From Myxococcota bacterium (GTDB taxonomy: Bacteria; Myxococcota_C; UBA6777), in NCBI GenBank assembly GCA_023150835.1, contig JAKLKB010000024.1, forward strand, positions 4,534 to 68,533: a stretch of DNA of 64,000 nucleotides, given 5' to 3'. A program made the position numbers and the translations under genes. Every line of letters begins with the position of its first letter. Position 1 is the first letter of the stretch. Below, in pieces: positions 1-9,311 of this stretch. The notes beneath the pieces are model-generated. The model was not told the DNA's origin. It saw only the letters and a list, made by a program, of their open reading frames with translations, and ran no database searches.

Positions 1-6
1 ATCCCT

Positions 7-459
7 GTGTGGCAAACCCTTTCGGTGTTGGGATATGCGCGGGCTGCGTCGTCTTCGTGGGCTTTGGTCGGGGCTATCGAGAGTATGCGCCAAGCATACC
101 CACAGACGACCAACACCACGCAAAACACGCTCGAAGCAAAGCCTCAGACGTCTGACGCCATGCAAAGCACGCCCGAAGCCAAGCCCCAGACGCCCGATGG
201 CGACAAAAAAACACCCGACGCCACGATCACAGAAAAGAACAGGCCGAAAGAACATACCAACCAAGTTGCCCGAACCATCGGCCTTTTCAATGTATTATTG
301 CCTTGGTGGGGTTGTGATGCGGAAGGAAAGCCGCCAAGATGCGTGTGGGTGATCACAGAAGATGCGTTGTGCGGCGTGGGCCTGTTGTCTTTGTTTCAAT
401 GCCCGCCTGCTCAAACGATCGATGCCGCAAATTTCTCATCTCGCGGCATCTTGCGATGA
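7..459 (+). CDS. 3' end of a gene that continues upstream of the window; low-complexity Q/T/P/K-rich tail; SSSWALVGAIES resembles a papain-family active-site region with Cys replaced by Ser
   Basis: Frame is open from nt 1; no recognisable domain beyond the short motif. Confidence 0.2.
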   Translation: MWQTLSVLGYARAASSSWALVGAIESMRQAYPQTTNTTQNTLEAKPQTSDAMQSTPEAKPQTPDGDKKTPDATITEKNRPKEHTNQVARTIGLFNVLLPWWGCDAEGKPPRCVWVITEDALCGVGLLSLFQCPPAQTIDAANFSSRGILR

Positions 460-477
460 AAAAAGCTGGATACAGCC

Positions 478-1425
478 GTGAGGAGGGAAGTGATGGAGCG
501 TCGAGAATTTTTCGCCAAAGCAGGCGCGTTGATGATGACTTCGATGGTTGGGGCGTCGATGGATGGGTGTGTTCATCGCGGTGCAGGGGTGGGTGGGTTT
601 GATGTACAAGGTTATCTGTCGCGATTGGACGCGGCGGATCAAAAGATGATGTCGTTGCCATCGGTGTTTCCGAAGGGTGAGAGCCACCAGAAACGCGATG
701 CTTTTGTGCGGCAAGCCTTTTCATCGCTGTTGTTGGTGGGATCGTTGCACGATATCCCCGAAGCGGCACGAAGCCATCCCGCGATCCAAGAGCGCCTGTT
801 GCGTGCGGCTCCTGTGTTGGACAACAGCTTGTTCAAAGCGGCCACGTTGGTCGAGTCCATCCCCGCTGCTCAGCGCAAAGAGATCCAGCGCTTTTTGCAA
901 AAAGAAGAACGCCAAGTCAAAGCGATGCGTTCGTTGATGCTGGATTATGGGGTGCAAGCGGGGGTTGCCAAGTCGCGGTTGATCCACGCGGATCGCTTGA
1001 TGGATCATATCCAATGGCGGATGCAAAAGCAAAATCCGTCGCTGTTGTTGGACACGCACGTCGCCAAGGTCGATCGGGTGGCCGCTTCCTTGGGGATCTC
1101 GGTCGAACAACGCCGAACACAGGGGCAGTTGACTCTCGATCCGCTGAGTGCGTGCCGTGTCTCGTCGCTGCTTGATCCGTTGGCGCAAGAGCCTTCGCGG
1201 GAATCCTTGGAAAGAGACACGCCCCCTGTTCTGGAAGCCCCCAAAAAGAAGCGCGGAAATGTGGGGTTTATCTTGATGGGGATCGGCGGTGCGCTCACCG
1301 TTGGGGGAGTGGTCGCTTCGTTGGTCGGTGGAACCAACGGCATCATCTTTGGCGGAATCTTTGGTTGGACGCCCGGCTCGATCATGTTGTTGATCGGAAT
1401 TCCCTTGGCGATTTTTGGGATTTAA
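478..1425 (+). CDS. Hypothetical exported, membrane-anchored protein; twin-arginine-like N-terminus (MERREFFAKAGA) and a Gly-rich C-terminal TM segment
   Basis: RRxFF motif followed by a hydrophobic stretch; C-terminal GFILMGIGGALTVGGVVASLVGG... hydrophobic segment; likely start at the second Met (nt ~493). Confidence 0.45.
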   Translation: MRREVMERREFFAKAGALMMTSMVGASMDGCVHRGAGVGGFDVQGYLSRLDAADQKMMSLPSVFPKGESHQKRDAFVRQAFSSLLLVGSLHDIPEAARSHPAIQERLLRAAPVLDNSLFKAATLVESIPAAQRKEIQRFLQKEERQVKAMRSLMLDYGVQAGVAKSRLIHADRLMDHIQWRMQKQNPSLLLDTHVAKVDRVAASLGISVEQRRTQGQLTLDPLSACRVSSLLDPLAQEPSRESLERDTPPVLEAPKKKRGNVGFILMGIGGALTVGGVVASLVGGTNGIIFGGIFGWTPGSIMLLIGIPLAIFGI

Positions 1426-1429
1426 GTCA

Positions 1430-1560
1430 TGTTGTGGGGTTTCACCCCGCGCCCCACAAGGGACCGATGGCCCCTTGACCCCGTATTGGCGAAGAGATCA
1501 GCGTTTTTCAGACAGACGACTCTGTTGCTTGAAACCTCGCGAACACGGCTTTTTTGGGAG
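1430..1560. repeat. ~130-bp structured interspersed element (family B), minus orientation
   Basis: Shares the core ...GGGGTCAAGGGGC...GTGTTCGCG...CAAGCGACAGAGC...TTTGAAA with copies at 8195, 16540, 18545, 27225 and 43725. Confidence 0.6.
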
Positions 1561-1616
1561 CATCTGTGTGGCTCAAGCCTATCAGAGAGAGGGTAGACAA
1601 ACGGTGGAGTAACGGG

Positions 1617-2039
1617 ATGATCGGAAAGATGCGAGCGGTGGCTTTGGAAAGAGCAGCGGTGCTCGAAGAGTTGAAGGGCCTGTTGATCGACAATCTACAT
1701 CTTTCACTACAGCCAGATGATATCGACCCTGACGCGGCGTTGTTTGGTTCGGGGCTGGGGTTGGATTCCGTCGATGCGGTGGAGTTGGTGGTTGCTGTCG
1801 AAGATCGTTTTGATCTGGATTTTTCGCGCCAGACAGCACCTTCGGAGCCTTCTTCGGCCAAAGCGAGCGATCAGGCCGAACGGACGGGGGCTTCCGCTGT
1901 GGGAGATGCTTTGAGTGGACGGCAGATCGAACAATCCATGCGGATCTTTATGCGAACGCTCAATGCTCTTGTCGACGTGATCTTGTGGGCACGCGCCCAA
2001 AGCCCGTTGGCGACGCCATCTGCGACTCGTTCTTTGTAG
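1617..2039 (+). CDS. Acyl carrier protein with an unusual ~70-aa C-terminal extension
   Basis: LFGSGLGLDSVDAVELVVAVEDRF matches the ACP phosphopantetheine-attachment helix (DS motif); the ORF is open from 1554, internal Met starts at 1617 or 1629. Confidence 0.55.
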   Translation: MIGKMRAVALERAAVLEELKGLLIDNLHLSLQPDDIDPDAALFGSGLGLDSVDAVELVVAVEDRFDLDFSRQTAPSEPSSAKASDQAERTGASAVGDALSGRQIEQSMRIFMRTLNALVDVILWARAQSPLATPSATRSL

Positions 2040-2075
2040 GCAAAAGAGACAGGCACAGAACAAAAAGACGAAGGA

Positions 2076-3248
2076 GTGCTCGGGATGGTATTGCGCGATC
2101 GGATGCAAGCAGATGTGGCGATCTGGCGAGAGGTCGATGGGGTCGAGGTTCCCGCACGCTACACGACGTTAGAGCAAGAAGTCTCGGCTTTGCGGTTTGG
2201 TGTTGGATTGAGTGATCGCTCGTATGTTTGTGTTCTGCGTTTGCGGGGGGAGGATGCTTACGACCTGTTGGATCGGTGTTGTCCGTGCGCGATGTATCTC
2301 CGCGATGGAGAAGTCCGTCACACGGTGCTTTTGTCGGAACAAGGAACCCCGATCTTGGATCTTTATGTGGGCAACGACGATGAGTCTTTTTTTGTGTTCT
2401 CGGAGGGAAAACCCGCGCAAGAAGTGTTGGCGTATTGGCGCTCGATGATCCCCGAAGGAGCGGATATCCAGATCGAGTCGTGGAATGAAACGCACGCATT
2501 GTTGGGACTCAATGGTCCCTTTGCTTGGGAGTTGCTGGCCGAGTTGGAAGGGCATCAAGTGATCGGGTTTCCATACGCGACCTTCTATCGATCTGAAGAA
2601 GAGAATCTGTTCTTTCGCCTCGGAAAGACGGGCGAGTATGGTTATGATATCTTGGTTCCGCGTGACAAGGTGGCGGCGTATTGGGCGCGTGTGTTCGAGG
2701 TTGGACGCTCTTTTGATATCTGCCCTGTCGGATTCGAGGCGTTGGAACACGCGGGGTTGGAAAACTTCTTTTTTTCGATCCGACGAGAAGGTGCGCTTGG
2801 CCTAACGCCTGTCGAGTTGCAGCTACAATGGCGTGTGTCTTACGAAAAAGACTTCTTGGGCCGTGCCGCTCTCGAAGCCGTCAAGACGAGCGATGCACGT
2901 CGCCGTGTGACGGGGATCCGCAGCGCGCATCCGTTGAGCGAGGGGGCAGCCTTGTACTGCGAAGGGGAGCGCGTTGGAGAAGTGGTGGTTGCGATGCGTT
3001 CGGTCACTTTGGGGGCGTGGATCGGCTTGGGGTTGTTGGCGTTGCCGTGGGCGCAAGCGGGTCTGGCGCTCTCGACCGAACGCGCTAAAAAGGCCGATAT
3101 GTGGACTGTTTCGATGCCCTTTGTTCGCAACTTGAGTATGTTGATCAATCCGCAAAAGCACAGTTATCGGGATGCTGCGTCTTTGGAAACGCTGCGCCGA
3201 TCTTTAAGCCAACCTGATATGTGGGTGGAAACAGCGGATGGAGCGTGA
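2076..3248 (+). CDS. Aminomethyltransferase (GcvT/YgfZ)-fold folate-binding family protein
   Basis: N-terminal LRFGVGLSDRSYVCVLRLRGEDAYDLLDRC resembles the GcvT N-terminus (VGLFDVSHMG..GxDAxxFL); GRAALEA near the C-terminal barrel. Confidence 0.5.
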   Translation: MLGMVLRDRMQADVAIWREVDGVEVPARYTTLEQEVSALRFGVGLSDRSYVCVLRLRGEDAYDLLDRCCPCAMYLRDGEVRHTVLLSEQGTPILDLYVGNDDESFFVFSEGKPAQEVLAYWRSMIPEGADIQIESWNETHALLGLNGPFAWELLAELEGHQVIGFPYATFYRSEEENLFFRLGKTGEYGYDILVPRDKVAAYWARVFEVGRSFDICPVGFEALEHAGLENFFFSIRREGALGLTPVELQLQWRVSYEKDFLGRAALEAVKTSDARRRVTGIRSAHPLSEGAALYCEGERVGEVVVAMRSVTLGAWIGLGLLALPWAQAGLALSTERAKKADMWTVSMPFVRNLSMLINPQKHSYRDAASLETLRRSLSQPDMWVETADGA

Positions 3249-3250
3249 GG

Positions 3251-3997
3251 ATGGGGAAGTTTGACGGACAAGTCGCCGTCGTGACGGGATCTTCACGGGG
3301 GATCGGTCGTGCGATCGCGATGGCGATGGCGGAAGAAGGGGCGTTTGTGTACGTGCATTATCAATCACGCGAAGACAAAGCGCGTGAGACGTTGGCGATG
3401 ATCGAAGAAGCAGGAGGGCAGGGGGCGATCTTTGGCGTAGATGTGCGCGATGCAAAGGCCGTCAACGCCGCCTTTACAGAGATATCGGCGCAGAAGGGGC
3501 CGATCGATATCTTGGTGAATAATGCGGGGATCTGTCGTGATCAGTTTTTTGCGATGATGGAAGAAGAAGATTGGCGCGACGTGTTGGAGGTGAATCTGGG
3601 CGGCGTCTACCATTGCAGCCGTGCGGTGGCGCGTTCGATGATGGCGCGTCGTCAAGGGGTGATCTTGCACGTCGCCTCGGTGGCGGGACTCCACGCAAGC
3701 TCGGGGCAGTCGAACTATGCTGCCTCGAAGGGTGCGATCTTGAGCTTGACGCGCACGATGGCTGCGGAACTCGCCCCCAAAGGTGTGCGTGTCAATGCCC
3801 TTGTTCCCGGTATGATCAACGCAGGCATGGCCGAGCGCATGGATCAGCGTATCGCACGACAAAAGCGCGAGATGATCCCTTTGCGGCGCTTTGGCGAAGC
3901 CCACGAAGTCGCCCGTGTCGCGGTGTTTTTGGCCTCGGAGGATGCCCGTTATATCGTCGGTCAGGCTTTGGTCGTGGATGGTGGCTTAACGCTGTAA
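3251..3997 (+). CDS. Short-chain dehydrogenase/reductase, 3-oxoacyl-ACP reductase (FabG)-like
   Basis: TGSSRGIGRAIA Rossmann motif, NNAG, and the S...YxxxK catalytic triad region (SNYAASKGA). Confidence 0.8.
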   Translation: MGKFDGQVAVVTGSSRGIGRAIAMAMAEEGAFVYVHYQSREDKARETLAMIEEAGGQGAIFGVDVRDAKAVNAAFTEISAQKGPIDILVNNAGICRDQFFAMMEEEDWRDVLEVNLGGVYHCSRAVARSMMARRQGVILHVASVAGLHASSGQSNYAASKGAILSLTRTMAAELAPKGVRVNALVPGMINAGMAERMDQRIARQKREMIPLRRFGEAHEVARVAVFLASEDARYIVGQALVVDGGLTL

Positions 3998-4152
3998 CCG
4001 AAGTCCTCCTCGGATACGAGATCCGCCTGTTGCGTTATCGTAAAGAGGTCGGGACAGACACAGGGGTCTGCCTAATCATAGGGCGTCTATGTACTTTGCT
4101 ACGATCACACATCATTCGGATATCGTCTAAGCCGTTGTTTTGAGAGGTATGG

Positions 4153-5169
4153 GTGATGGAACGTCGCATCTTGTGGGCTTTTCCCGGGCAAGGAACGGAA
4201 GAAGCGGGAATGGGGGTTGCGTTGGCATCGGAGTATCCGCTTGTTCGGGCGTGTTTGGAGCGGGCGTCGGATTGTTTGGGGATGGATGTGCATCGGATGT
4301 TGTTGCGGGGGAATCGGAGGATTGGAGAGACGCAGATCTTGCAGCCAGCGATCACAGCGGTGAGTGTAGGGATTGGGCGGATCTTGGAGGCGCACGGGGT
4401 GGGGCGTGGGTGGACGATCGGACATTCTCTTGGGGAGATGGGAGCGGTGTGGGCGGCGGGTGGATGGGGCTGGTCTGAAGCGATCCATCTGTCGGCGGTG
4501 CGGGGGAGTTGGATGGCGGAGGCGGCTCGACAAGTGGAAGGCGGGATGCTTGCGCTTACGGATACTTCCGAAGAAGTCTGTCAAGAAGCCATCGCGTGGG
4601 GGCGGCAGTTTGGGGCGTTTGGTTTGGCGGCACAAAATGGGCCGAGGCTGTGGACATTGACGGGGGATATCGAAGCGGTCGAAGCTGTCTTGAAGCGTTA
4701 TCCGTCTCGTCGGCTGGTGGCTTCGGGAGCTTGGCATAGTCCTCGGATGGCGGAGGCGGTGGAGCCTTTTCGTGCGGTGATGGAGGAGGCTGTGTGTAAG
4801 CTCTTGGAACGAGGTGTGCGTGACGAGGCGGCAGAGCCTTTTCGTGCGACGGTGGCGCAGGTTCCAAAAGGGCATTGGAAAGCGCATTGGATCGCGAATG
4901 CGACGGGCGATATCTGCTCTGATATCGCAGAAGTCCCGAAGCTGTTGAGTATGCAGCTAACCCAGCCGATCCTGTGGATGCTGTCGATGCAGCATTTGGA
5001 AAAAGAAGAGCTCACCGATATCGTGATCTGCGGCCCACATCGGGTCTTACAGGGGTTGTTGCGCCGTCATCTTCCGCGTGCGCGTGTCCATGCAACCGAG
5101 CATCCGCGCTTGTTGCGTGAAACGCTCGATGCTTTGGGTGATCTGCGTTCGAGAGAGGCTGTTCGATGA
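4153..5169 (+). CDS. FabD-fold acyltransferase (malonyl-CoA:ACP transacylase family)
   Basis: FPGQGTE and GHSLGE active-site motifs; its stop overlaps the next start (ATGA), which suggests translational coupling. Confidence 0.75.
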   Translation: MMERRILWAFPGQGTEEAGMGVALASEYPLVRACLERASDCLGMDVHRMLLRGNRRIGETQILQPAITAVSVGIGRILEAHGVGRGWTIGHSLGEMGAVWAAGGWGWSEAIHLSAVRGSWMAEAARQVEGGMLALTDTSEEVCQEAIAWGRQFGAFGLAAQNGPRLWTLTGDIEAVEAVLKRYPSRRLVASGAWHSPRMAEAVEPFRAVMEEAVCKLLERGVRDEAAEPFRATVAQVPKGHWKAHWIANATGDICSDIAEVPKLLSMQLTQPILWMLSMQHLEKEELTDIVICGPHRVLQGLLRRHLPRARVHATEHPRLLRETLDALGDLRSREAVR

Positions 5170-5798
5170 AGCGAAAAAAAGATGTGTTGTCGTTGGGATC
5201 AGAAGTTGTGCAGTTGTTGGTGCCGCAAAGACGGCCTTTTTTGATGGTGGATCGCGTCGAAGCCTACCAACGTGAGCCTCAAGGGTATGCGATCTGTAGT
5301 CGTTGTTTGTCGATCAACGACCCTTTTTTTGCGGGACACTTTCCTCAAATGGCCGTCTTCCCGGGCGCATTGATGTTGGAGGGGATGTGCCAAACCTCGC
5401 AGATCTTGTGTACGTTAACGATCTATCAGCGCTTCATGGAGGAACAAGGCGACGAGCCCGCGTCTCTGCTCGAAGCCTTGCGCAATCTCGAACGCGGCTT
5501 TCGCCTTGAACCCGGATACCAAGAAGAACAAGCCCGACTGTATCTTGAGCGAACACAGCAGGCCCGACGCAACAACATCGGCATGACCGCAAGCACGCAA
5601 ATGAAGTTCCTACATCCCGTCTTTGCGGGTGAACAGGTGTTTTACACTTCGCGTTTGCAGCGGCAGATGGACGAGATGTGGCGCTTTGAGGTCGAGGCCG
5701 AAGTCAACGAGAAGATCGTCGCCAAAGGCGTGGTCACGTCGATGGTTGTCCAACATCCTGCGGTCTCTTCTCTGTTGGCTGCGGTGCTTCACGGGTGA
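5166..5798 (+). CDS. FabZ/FabA-like hotdog 3-hydroxyacyl-ACP dehydratase with a ~50-aa internal insertion
   Basis: PQRRPFLMVDRV and DPFFAGHFPQMAVFPGALMLEGMCQ match the FabZ signature. Confidence 0.7.
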   Translation: MKRKKDVLSLGSEVVQLLVPQRRPFLMVDRVEAYQREPQGYAICSRCLSINDPFFAGHFPQMAVFPGALMLEGMCQTSQILCTLTIYQRFMEEQGDEPASLLEALRNLERGFRLEPGYQEEQARLYLERTQQARRNNIGMTASTQMKFLHPVFAGEQVFYTSRLQRQMDEMWRFEVEAEVNEKIVAKGVVTSMVVQHPAVSSLLAAVLHG

Positions 5799-5814
5799 GG
5801 GTGTTTTGAGTGCG

Positions 5815-7488
5815 ATGGCGATATCGATCCGAGAGATGGCTCGGAAGGACGGGAGGTTTCGAGTGAAAGAAGAGCGGGAGCGAAGTTATTGGGGATGGGG
5901 CTACGCAGATCAAGTGTTGCCTGAAAAGCTGTTGGCGCGGTTTCAAGGGACGTTGCAGATGGCGTTGGGGTTGGAGGCGTTGCGGCATCGCCAACCGTTG
6001 GGGCTTTCGGCGCTGCGGCTTCGTGTACCGCGCTTTGCATTACCCGCATCGTTGCGGGATATCTGCACGCAGGAAACGCCCGAGCGTGCAAGACACAGCT
6101 ACGGAAAAGCGTTTCGCGATGTGGTGCGCGGGCTGTACGGGCAATTCGACAACCCGCCCGATTATGTGGCCTATCCGCGAAGTGAGGCCGATATCGAGCG
6201 TTTGTTTGCGTTTTGTGGTGCATCCAACGTGGCGCTGATCCCGTTTGGTGGGGGAAGCAGCGTGGTGGGCGGTGTCGAACCTCCCCGAACAGCGGGGTAT
6301 GCGGGGGCGATATCGTGTGATATGCGCTTTTTTGATCGGGTGATACGGGTGGATCGCGAAAGTCGAACCGCAACCATCCAAGCGGGGATCTACGGCCCTG
6401 CCTTGGAGGCGGCCTTGAAGCCGCATGGCTTGACGTTGCGCCATTTTCCCCAAAGCTTCGAGTTTTCCACTTTGGGCGGGTGGATCGCAACCCGCTCTGG
6501 CGGCCATTATGCGACGGTTCAAACCCACATCGACGAATTTGTGCAGTCTGTACGGATGGTGACGCCCAAAGGTGTGTTGGAAACCCGCCCTTTACCCGGA
6601 TCGGGGGCCGGCCCAGAGCCTTCGCGTTGGGTGATCGGCTCCGAAGGGATCTTTGGCATCCTTACCGAAGCCACCATGCGCTTGCAAGATATCCCGCAGT
6701 ATCGGTCCAAAGCGACGGTGTCGTTTGCGTCTGAACCTGCGGGGTTTGCGGCGGTTCGCCAGATCAGCCAATCCGGACTCTCTCCCGCCAACTGTCGGCT
6801 GATCTCTTCGATGGAAGCTTTTAGCATGGGAGCGGGCGATGGTCGCGAGACGATCTTGTTGTTGGGGTTCGAGTCTCACGATCATCCGCAACAGCAGCGA
6901 TTGGAGCGGGCCTTGGCGATCTGCGCACAGCACGACGGCTCGCCCAAAGTCTTGCAAGGTCGGGCCTTGGACGACGAAGAGGGCGATGCTTCGGAGCGTT
7001 GGAAACAGAGCTTTTTGTTGGCTCCGTACCTGCGCGATGCGATGCTTTGTTGTGGGATCTTGCTTGAAACCTTTGAAACCGCCGTCACATGGGATCGTTT
7101 TGCTGCGTTCCATCAAGCCGTGATCGCGGCTGCGACGGATGCTTTGCAAGCACACTGCGGCGGAGGGTTGATCACATGGCGTTTTACGCATGTCTATCCT
7201 GACGGGCCTGCGCCTTATTACTCGGTGGTGGCTCCTGCCCGAGAAGGCCAAGAAGTCGAACAATGGGACGCCATCAAATCCGCTGTCTCTGACGCGATCC
7301 TCGCCTGTGGTGGCACGATTACACACCACCACGCCGTCGGCAAAGATCATCGACCTTGGTATACGCAACAGATATCCCCTCTCTTCGGCGAGATCCTCCA
7401 CCAAGCCAAACGCACCCTCGATCCCGCGTGGATACTCAACCCCGAAGTCCTCCTCCCTCCCGACCCTCCTCACTCACAACGCTCTTGA
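5815..7488 (+). CDS. FAD-linked oxidase of the alkyl-dihydroxyacetone-phosphate synthase (AGPS) family
   Basis: N-terminal YWGWGY (AGPS WNGWGY box); FAD-binding PCMH motifs PFGGGSSVVGG, EFSTLGGWIATRSGG and GSEGIFGILTEATMRL; the ORF is open from 5623, first plausible Met at 5815. Confidence 0.7.
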   Translation: MAISIREMARKDGRFRVKEERERSYWGWGYADQVLPEKLLARFQGTLQMALGLEALRHRQPLGLSALRLRVPRFALPASLRDICTQETPERARHSYGKAFRDVVRGLYGQFDNPPDYVAYPRSEADIERLFAFCGASNVALIPFGGGSSVVGGVEPPRTAGYAGAISCDMRFFDRVIRVDRESRTATIQAGIYGPALEAALKPHGLTLRHFPQSFEFSTLGGWIATRSGGHYATVQTHIDEFVQSVRMVTPKGVLETRPLPGSGAGPEPSRWVIGSEGIFGILTEATMRLQDIPQYRSKATVSFASEPAGFAAVRQISQSGLSPANCRLISSMEAFSMGAGDGRETILLLGFESHDHPQQQRLERALAICAQHDGSPKVLQGRALDDEEGDASERWKQSFLLAPYLRDAMLCCGILLETFETAVTWDRFAAFHQAVIAAATDALQAHCGGGLITWRFTHVYPDGPAPYYSVVAPAREGQEVEQWDAIKSAVSDAILACGGTITHHHAVGKDHRPWYTQQISPLFGEILHQAKRTLDPAWILNPEVLLPPDPPHSQRS

Positions 7489-7629
7489 TGGACGCCTTTG
7501 CTACAAACCCACAACGCTCTTGACGGACGCCTTCGCTACAAACCAAAACGCTCTTGACAAATTCTCCGAACACGACGAACGATCGGTCCGCTGATCTTGT
7601 TTTGCCCTTCGACCGCAAAGGAGTTTGTC

Positions 7630-8064
7630 ATGGAGATCCCCAAGTTTCTACGCGAACGTGCTGTCCAAGCCATCGATTCATTGCTTACCATCCAAGAAGC
7701 CGCCGGCCTGATGCAGATACACAACGTCGGTGCTTTGCTGGTGATCGAAGATGGCCGACTTGTCGGCCTGATCTCGGAACGCGATATCGCTTGCAAAGTC
7801 GCCGCAGAAGGTCGTGATCCAAGCACCACCCTTGTCCAACAAGTTATGACCTCCGAAGTGATCTCCGTCGTCGAAACCGATTCCCTCGAATATGCGATGG
7901 AGCTGATGCAACGCCACCACATCCGTCACCTCCCGATGATGCGCGACGGCCAAGTCCTCGCCATGCTCGGCCTCCGTGACCTCTGTGAACTCCGCGTCAA
8001 GCTCCTTCACAGCGAAAACCGCAATCTCGCTTCCATCGTCGCTCTCCACGATCAAGACGCCTGA
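7630..8064 (+). CDS. CBS-pair domain protein
   Basis: Two CBS-like units (VGALLVIEDGRLVGLISERDI ... IRHLPMMRDGQVLAMLGLRDL). Confidence 0.65.
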   Translation: MEIPKFLRERAVQAIDSLLTIQEAAGLMQIHNVGALLVIEDGRLVGLISERDIACKVAAEGRDPSTTLVQQVMTSEVISVVETDSLEYAMELMQRHHIRHLPMMRDGQVLAMLGLRDLCELRVKLLHSENRNLASIVALHDQDA

Positions 8065-8065
8065 T

Positions 8066-8160
8066 CCCGCCTCTCAAGCCCAACTACACCCCGCCTCTCA
8101 AGCCCAACTACACCCCGCCTCTCAAGCCCAGCCACACCCCGCCTCTCAAACCCAACTAGG
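8066..8160. repeat. 24-bp direct tandem repeat x4 (cgcctctcaagcccaactacaccc) immediately after the CBS gene stop
   Basis: Four near-identical units visible directly in the sequence. Confidence 0.8.
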
Positions 8161-8194
8161 TACTCCTATCCCATCGGATTGACGCGGTTGCTAA

Positions 8195-8340
8195 AAAAAG
8201 CCGTGTTCGCGCTCCTTCAAGCGACAGAGCCGTTGGTTTGAAAGACTTGTGCTCTTTTCGCCCCTCACGGGGTCAAGGGGCGGCAGTCTATGGCGGGGTT
8301 TGGGGCAACGCCCCACAAAAATCATCGAACCGCATCACTC
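8195..8340. repeat. ~130-bp structured interspersed element (family B), plus orientation
   Basis: Same consensus as 1430-1560 and the other copies. Confidence 0.6.
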
Positions 8341-8651
8341 CTCCCCTCATCGAAAAAACACCTTGAGTCCCCTTCTTTTTTCGTTGCGATCTCCGCCGAC
8401 TGTGTAGTTTTCGTAACACTTGTACAAGAAAAAAGATCGTGGTATGACAGCCACGCGTTACGCCGCAATGCCATTCAGTGCGTGACCAAGCAAGAGGAGG
8501 TGCTGGGTTTCGCAAGGATTCTTTTGGACTTGTTTGGTGCGCGTAGCGCTTGAATAACAAGCCATTGAGATGCCTTAGAACACATCATCTTGAGAAAAAC
8601 ATTGAAGAGGCGGAGGTGTCGCTGCGTTTTGCATGAGGGAGTTTTACATCG

Positions 8652-9311
8652 ATGAGGGCGTACGTCATGAGTGGGTATGATCGTTTTTCTGTAGGAGATC
8701 GAGGAAGCCTGTGGGTGGAGTCGCTGGTTTCTCCTTATCGGCGCGAAACCATCGAGGCATTGGGGGATTGTGCGGGAGGGGCTGTATTGGATCTCGCTTG
8801 TGGAGAAGGTGAGAACTTTGATCACTGGCGTTTGGGGTCGAAACATGCGCCCGCATGGGTGATCGGTGTGGACGCCTCGATCCGCAAGCTGCGCGAAGCC
8901 CACCAGCGCGTCCGTCAAGGCGGGTGGAAAAATGCAGTCCTTCTGCAAACCGAAGATTATGCTTTGGAACAGCCGTTGTTTTCGGAGTATTGGCGAAGCG
9001 ATGGTTTTGATGGCGTGGTGTGTACGTTGGGGCTGACGGCTCTCCAAGATTGGGAACAAGTGTTCTCAAGATCTTTTTCCTTATTGAAGCCGGGTGGGCG
9101 ATTCGCGATCTTGGATCGCTATACCAGCAAAGACGAATCCAATCCCGCTTCCGAAGGCACCAGTCCCGCGCCCGATTTTACACGCCGTGTCTGGGAATCC
9201 TTGGAACGTGCTTGCGATGACTTCCAGATGCGCTTTTTGGATGCTTCCCCCCGCGCTCTCGGCGGAAACCTCTATCTCGCTTCGGGAAGACGCAAACTGA
9301 TCGCCCACTAG
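8652..9311 (+). CDS. Class I SAM-dependent methyltransferase
   Basis: VLDLACGEGEN motif I; typical length. Confidence 0.55.
   Translation: MRAYVMSGYDRFSVGDRGSLWVESLVSPYRRETIEALGDCAGGAVLDLACGEGENFDHWRLGSKHAPAWVIGVDASIRKLREAHQRVRQGGWKNAVLLQTEDYALEQPLFSEYWRSDGFDGVVCTLGLTALQDWEQVFSRSFSLLKPGGRFAILDRYTSKDESNPASEGTSPAPDFTRRVWESLERACDDFQMRFLDASPRALGGNLYLASGRRKLIAH

Noticed and set aside
4105-4887. 260-aa minus ORF and other overlapping ORFs in 3365-4887
   Set aside because: Antisense to the well-supported SDR and acyltransferase genes.
8288-9069. ORFs 8288-8560(-), 8290-8553(+), 8475-9059(-) and 8665-9069(-)
   Set aside because: They overlap the family B element or are antisense to the methyltransferase gene.
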